A stretch of 64,000 bases of DNA, from positions 7,089 to 71,088 of the forward strand of contig CAJMAZ010000001.1 in assembly GCA_905211535.1 (NCBI GenBank), read 5' to 3'. Below the pieces are notes generated by a model that saw only the letters and a program-made list of their open reading frames with translations, searched no databases and was not told the DNA's origin. The translations under genes and the position numbers were made by a program. Each line of letters starts with the position of its first letter. Position 1 is the stretch's first letter. The DNA is from an uncultured Collinsella sp. GTDB taxonomy: Bacteria > Actinomycetota > Coriobacteriia > Coriobacteriales > Coriobacteriaceae. Shown piece by piece: positions 60,579 to 64,000 of this stretch.

Positions 60579-63227
60579 CTAGCAGACGGCGTAATCCTGG
60601 GGCTCGCGGCCGTAGTAGGCGTCCAGGTAGAGCTCCTTGATCTCGCTCATGAGCGGGTAGCGCGGGTTGGCGCCGGTGCACTGGTCGTTGAATGCCTGCT
60701 CGGTCATCTCGTCGAGGGTGTCGAGGAAGTACTGCTCGTCAACACCGTAGTCGGCGATGGTCTTCTTGACGCCGATGAAGTCCTTGAGCTCCTCGAGCTT
60801 CGTGATGAAGTTCTCGAAGACCTCCTTGTCGTCCTTGCCCTCGATGCCGCAGTACTTGGCCATCTCGGCGTAGTTGTGCAGCGCGTTGGGGTAAGGATAC
60901 TGGGAGAAAGTACCCATCTTGACGGGAGCCTCGGCGGCGTTGTAGCGCATGACGCGGGTCAGGATGACAGCGTTTGCGAGGCCGTGGGGCAGGTGATGGA
61001 AAGCGCCGAGCTTGTGGGCCATGGAGTGGTTGAGGCCCAGGAAGGCGTTGGCGAAGGCCATACCGGCCATGCAGGAGGCGTTGTGCATCTCCTCGCGGGC
61101 GTGCGGGTCCTTGGCGCCGTTCGTGAAGCTGGAGGGCAGGTTCTCGAAGACGAGCTTGGCAGCGCGCTCGGAGAGGCCCTTGGTGTAGTCGGAAGCCATG
61201 ATGGAGACGTAGGACTCGATGGCGTGGGTCATGACGTCGATGCCGGATGCAGCGGTCAGGCCGCGCGGGGCGGTCATGCAGTTGTCGGCGTCGACGATAG
61301 CCATGTTGGGGAGCAGCGCGTAGTCGGCGAGCGGCCACTTGATGCCGGTCTCCTTGTCGGTGATGATGGCGAACGGCGTGCACTCGGAGCCGGTACCCGA
61401 AGAGGTCGGGACGGCGACGAAGTAGGCCTTCTTGCCCATCTCGGGGAAGGTGAAGATACGCTTGCGGATGTCCATGAAGTCCATGGCCATGTCCTCAAAC
61501 TTGCACTCGGGGTGCTCGTACATCATCCACATGATCTTGCCGGCGTCCATAGCGGAGCCACCGCCGACGGCGATGATGACGTCCGGCTCAAAGAGAGCCA
61601 TCTGCTTGGCGCCGCGACGTGCGCACTGCAGCGACGGATCGGGCTCGACGTCGTAGAAGCAGTCGTGGGCGATGCCCATCTCGTCGAGCTTGGCCTCGAT
61701 GGCGCGGGTGTTGCCATTCTTGAAGAGGAACTGGTCGGTGACGATGAAGGCGCGCTTCTTGCCCATGACGTTGCCCAGCTCGTCGAGGGCGACGGGCGTG
61801 GAACCCTTCTTGAAGTAGACCTTCTCGGGAGCGCGGAACCACAGCATGTTCTCACGGCGCTCGGCCACAGTCTTAACGTTGATCAAGTGCTTCACCCCAA
61901 CGTTCTCGGAGACGGAGTTGCCGCCCCAGGAGCCGCAGCCCAGGGTCAGAGACGGCTTCATGCCAAAGTTGTACAGGTCACCGATGCCACCGTGCGAGGA
62001 CGGGGTGTTGATGACGATACGGCAGGCCTTCATGACGTGCTCGAACAGGCTGATCTTCTCGGCCTGGGCGGGGTGCACGTACAGAGAGGCGGTGTGGCCC
62101 GGGCCACCGGCGAGCACCAGGTGCTCGGCCTTGTCGACGGCCTCCTGGAAGTCCTTGGCGTGGTACATGGCCAGGACCGGGGAGAGCTTCTCGTGGGAGA
62201 ACTCCTCCTTGGCGGGGTCGGTGGAGGTGACCTCGGCGATCAGGATCTTGGTCTTGGCGGGAACCTCGATGCCGGCGAGCTCGGCGATCTTGGCGGCGGC
62301 CATGCCGGGGATGCGGTGATCGAGAGCGCCGTTCTTGAACATGGCGGCACGCAGGGCCTCCATCTCGGCACCCTGCTTGACGAAGTAGCAGCCGCGCTTC
62401 TGGAACTCGGCCTTGACCTGGTCATAGATGGTGTCGATGACGGTCACGGACTGCTCGGAAGCGCAGATCATGCCGTTGTCGAAGGTCTTGGAGTGGATGA
62501 TGGAGTTGACGGCGAGCAGCACGTCGGCGGTGTCGTCGATGACGACCGGGGTGTTACCGGCGCCAACGCCCAGGGCGGGCTTGCCCGAGGAGTAAGCGGC
62601 CTTGACCATGCCCGGGCCACCGGTGGCGAGGATGATGTCGACGTCGCGCATGACCATGTTGGTCAGCTCGATGGAGGGGACATCGACCCAGCCGATGATG
62701 CCCTCGGGGGCGCCGGCCTTGACGGCAGCGTCAAGCACGAGCTTGGCGGCGGCGATGGTGCACTTGGCGGCTGCCGGGTGCGGGGAGATGATGATGGCGT
62801 TGCGGGTCTTCAGGCAGATCAGCGTCTTGAAGATCGCGGTGGAGGTGGGGTTGGTCGTCGGGATGACGGCGCCCACGATGCCGATGGGCTCGGCGATCTT
62901 GGTGATGCCGTAAGCCTCGTCGCGCTCCAGGACACCACAGGTCTTGGTGTTCTTGTAAGCGTTGTAGATGTACTCTGCGGCGTAGTGGTTCTTGATGACC
63001 TTGTCCTCAAGAACGCCGCGGCCGGTCTCCTCGATGGCCAACTTCGCCAACGGGATACGAGCCTTGTTGGCGGCCATGGCGGCCTCATAGAAGATCTTGT
63101 CGACCTGCTCCTGCGTGTACGTAGCAAAAAGCGCCTGGGCCTCTCGCATCTGAGCGAGCTTAGCCTCAAGCGCCTCTACGTTGTCCACAATTGCGGGAGT
63201 AGTGTTTTCCGGTGACTTTTTCACCAT
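60579..63227 (-). CDS. adhE: Bifunctional acetaldehyde-CoA / alcohol dehydrogenase
   Basis: 882 aa. N-terminal ALDH domain (ASEQSV catalytic Cys region), C-terminal Fe-ADH domain (GGGSAMDAGK, HSMAHKLG). Confidence 0.96.
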   Translation of the reverse strand: MVKKSPENTTPAIVDNVEALEAKLAQMREAQALFATYTQEQVDKIFYEAAMAANKARIPLAKLAIEETGRGVLEDKVIKNHYAAEYIYNAYKNTKTCGVLERDEAYGITKIAEPIGIVGAVIPTTNPTSTAIFKTLICLKTRNAIIISPHPAAAKCTIAAAKLVLDAAVKAGAPEGIIGWVDVPSIELTNMVMRDVDIILATGGPGMVKAAYSSGKPALGVGAGNTPVVIDDTADVLLAVNSIIHSKTFDNGMICASEQSVTVIDTIYDQVKAEFQKRGCYFVKQGAEMEALRAAMFKNGALDHRIPGMAAAKIAELAGIEVPAKTKILIAEVTSTDPAKEEFSHEKLSPVLAMYHAKDFQEAVDKAEHLVLAGGPGHTASLYVHPAQAEKISLFEHVMKACRIVINTPSSHGGIGDLYNFGMKPSLTLGCGSWGGNSVSENVGVKHLINVKTVAERRENMLWFRAPEKVYFKKGSTPVALDELGNVMGKKRAFIVTDQFLFKNGNTRAIEAKLDEMGIAHDCFYDVEPDPSLQCARRGAKQMALFEPDVIIAVGGGSAMDAGKIMWMMYEHPECKFEDMAMDFMDIRKRIFTFPEMGKKAYFVAVPTSSGTGSECTPFAIITDKETGIKWPLADYALLPNMAIVDADNCMTAPRGLTAASGIDVMTHAIESYVSIMASDYTKGLSERAAKLVFENLPSSFTNGAKDPHAREEMHNASCMAGMAFANAFLGLNHSMAHKLGAFHHLPHGLANAVILTRVMRYNAAEAPVKMGTFSQYPYPNALHNYAEMAKYCGIEGKDDKEVFENFITKLEELKDFIGVKKTIADYGVDEQYFLDTLDEMTEQAFNDQCTGANPRYPLMSEIKELYLDAYYGREPQDYAVC

Positions 63228-63320
63228 TTGTGTCTCCTTGCGATCGGAGATTTACCCTACGCCTTGCATGATAGCAAGAAATTATTCGGCGAACGGCAAG
63301 ATTCCCGTAAAAGGCACACT

Positions 63321-63348
63321 AAAACGCTTCAACATAATGAAGCGTTTT
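63321..63348. other. Perfect 11-bp inverted repeat upstream of adhE
   Basis: AAAACGCTTCA-ACATAA-TGAAGCGTTTT in a region with about 35-40% G+C. Confidence 0.5.
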
Positions 63349-63380
63349 AACTAAAACTAGCTGCCTGCTGCATCGCCCCG

Positions 63381-63429
63381 CTCATTGGGGACAGACTTAC
63401 ATGAGTGCTTTCACTCATTTGGGACAGAC
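63381..63429 (+). repeat. Two direct CTCATT(T/G)GGGACAGAC repeats bracketing a small hairpin; related to the REP-unit core
   Basis: CTCATTGGGGACAGAC (63381-63396) and CTCATTTGGGACAGAC (63414-63429). Hairpin ATGAGTG-CTTT-CACTCAT at 63401-63418. Compare unit B1, GCTCATTTGAGACGGGG. Confidence 0.6.
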
Positions 63430-63560
63430 ATCGTTTTGCCATTTTGCCGTTCTGGGCCTGTTTTTGCCGTTCATTGGATATATATAGATCACAGGCTCAG
63501 CATTTCGCGTTCCTTCTCTCCTTTTAGGTGTTGCCTGTTCAGTTTTTGAAAGGAGAGATT

Positions 63561-64000
63561 ATGCCTCGATGTGCCCGCGCCGTTTCGCTCACCGGTTATT
63601 ACCACGTCTTTGACCGTGGTAACTCTAAACAGATTATTTTTGAAGATGACTCTGACCGATATCGTTTCTTATCGGACATCTCGGACAAGTTCGCGCGCCA
63701 TAAAGTGGCGGTGTTGGCTTGGTGCCTTATGGACAACCACTTCCATTTGATGGTTGATGACCCATTTGACAATCTTTCAAAGGCGATGCATTGTGCGCTG
63801 ACGGCGTATGCCAAGTATTTCAATGGGAAAACGGGGAGAACAGGCCATCTGTTTGACAATCGCTATTCACGGGTCGCGGTTGAGTCGGACACGCAGGCGG
63901 TACAGCTGCTCGATTATATCCATCTCAATCCCGTGAAAGGTGCGCTCGACTCGCTCGAGGCGTACCGCTGGTCAAGCTACAAGGCATATCAGCTGGGCTA
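63561..64000 (+). CDS. Second IS200-like HUH/Y1 (RAYT-type) transposase paralogue, 3' end beyond window
   Basis: Hand translation from ATG 63561 (AGGAGAG SD) is open to the window end: MPRCARAVSLTGYYHVFDRGNSKQIIFEDDSDRYRFLS...LAWCLMDNHFHLMVDD...LLDYIHLNPVKG...YRWSSYKAY. Not in the ORF track because no stop is reached. Confidence 0.85.
   Translation, partial: MPRCARAVSLTGYYHVFDRGNSKQIIFEDDSDRYRFLSDISDKFARHKVAVLAWCLMDNHFHLMVDDPFDNLSKAMHCALTAYAKYFNGKTGRTGHLFDNRYSRVAVESDTQAVQLLDYIHLNPVKGALDSLEAYRWSSYKAYQLG

Noticed and set aside
60570-63215. 881-aa plus-strand ORF almost exactly co-extensive with adhE
   Set aside because: It is the antisense shadow of adhE, with the same compositional signature (runs of G, D, V, L, H). 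The adhE strand carries clear ALDH and Fe-ADH motifs.
63268-63299. Candidate adhE promoter (minus strand TTGCCG ... TGCTATCAT)
   Set aside because: The -35/-10 spacing is 20 bp, which is too long. Only the extended -10-like TGnTATCAT is plausible. It is not reported as a feature.
63599-63859. 86-aa minus-strand track ORF near the window end
   Set aside because: It is antisense to the second Y1-transposase gene, which has an SD and conserved HUH/Tyr motifs on the plus strand.

Overview
High-GC bacterial chromosome segment. Hand-counted 60-nt samples give about 60-62% G+C. Gene order is Firmicutes-like; I infer a Coriobacteriia-type actinobacterium, but this is unverified. About 60 protein genes and 2 tRNA-Arg genes, almost all core. 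Minus strand, 1.5-10.1 kb: a complete nine-activity aromatic amino-acid operon (aroF-tyrA-aroB-aroA-aroC-pheA-aroE/K-aroQ). Then a P-type ATPase, the mreBCD-mrdA-rodA cell-shape cluster, a split radical-SAM pair of unknown function, rplU-rpmA-obg-nadD-yqeK-rsfS, dinB, rpsP-KH-rimM-trmD-lepB, glyQS, PDRP-ppdK, rplS-rnhB-yraN-comM-dprA-trmFO-xerC, rpsB-tsf-pyrH-frr-uppS-cdsA-dxr-rseP-ispG-proS, an APH-like kinase and adhE. The most interesting non-core signal is a repeat family that the ORF track does not explain. Its unit is about 33-38 bp, bounded by GTAG...CTAC (core AAAAGTAGCTAATTTGGGACGGGGCTTTTTTAGCTACCC). It occurs as single units and as 108-128 bp inverted pairs at four loci: 4.45 kb, 30.2 kb, 31.2 kb and 39.3 kb. 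The copies are nested around a low-GC IS200-type HUH/Y1 (RAYT-like) transposase gene at 30387..31142. A second, diverged paralogue starts at 63561 and runs off the window; it is absent from the ORF track and is preceded by related CTCATTTGGGACAGAC repeats. Together these look like a REP/RAYT-type domesticated-transposase and repeat system in a Gram-positive high-GC background. One copy sits inside the aro operon, one lies between PDRP and ppdK, and several sit exactly on stop codons. Smaller observations: a low-GC DUF4869 gene next to tRNA-Arg, an aroE-aroK fusion, a leader hairpin plus uORF upstream of aroF, a TTTACC repeat array upstream of ppdK, and a likely non-canonical xerC start. All coordinates of hairpins and repeats were derived by eye. 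No database search or folding program was run.
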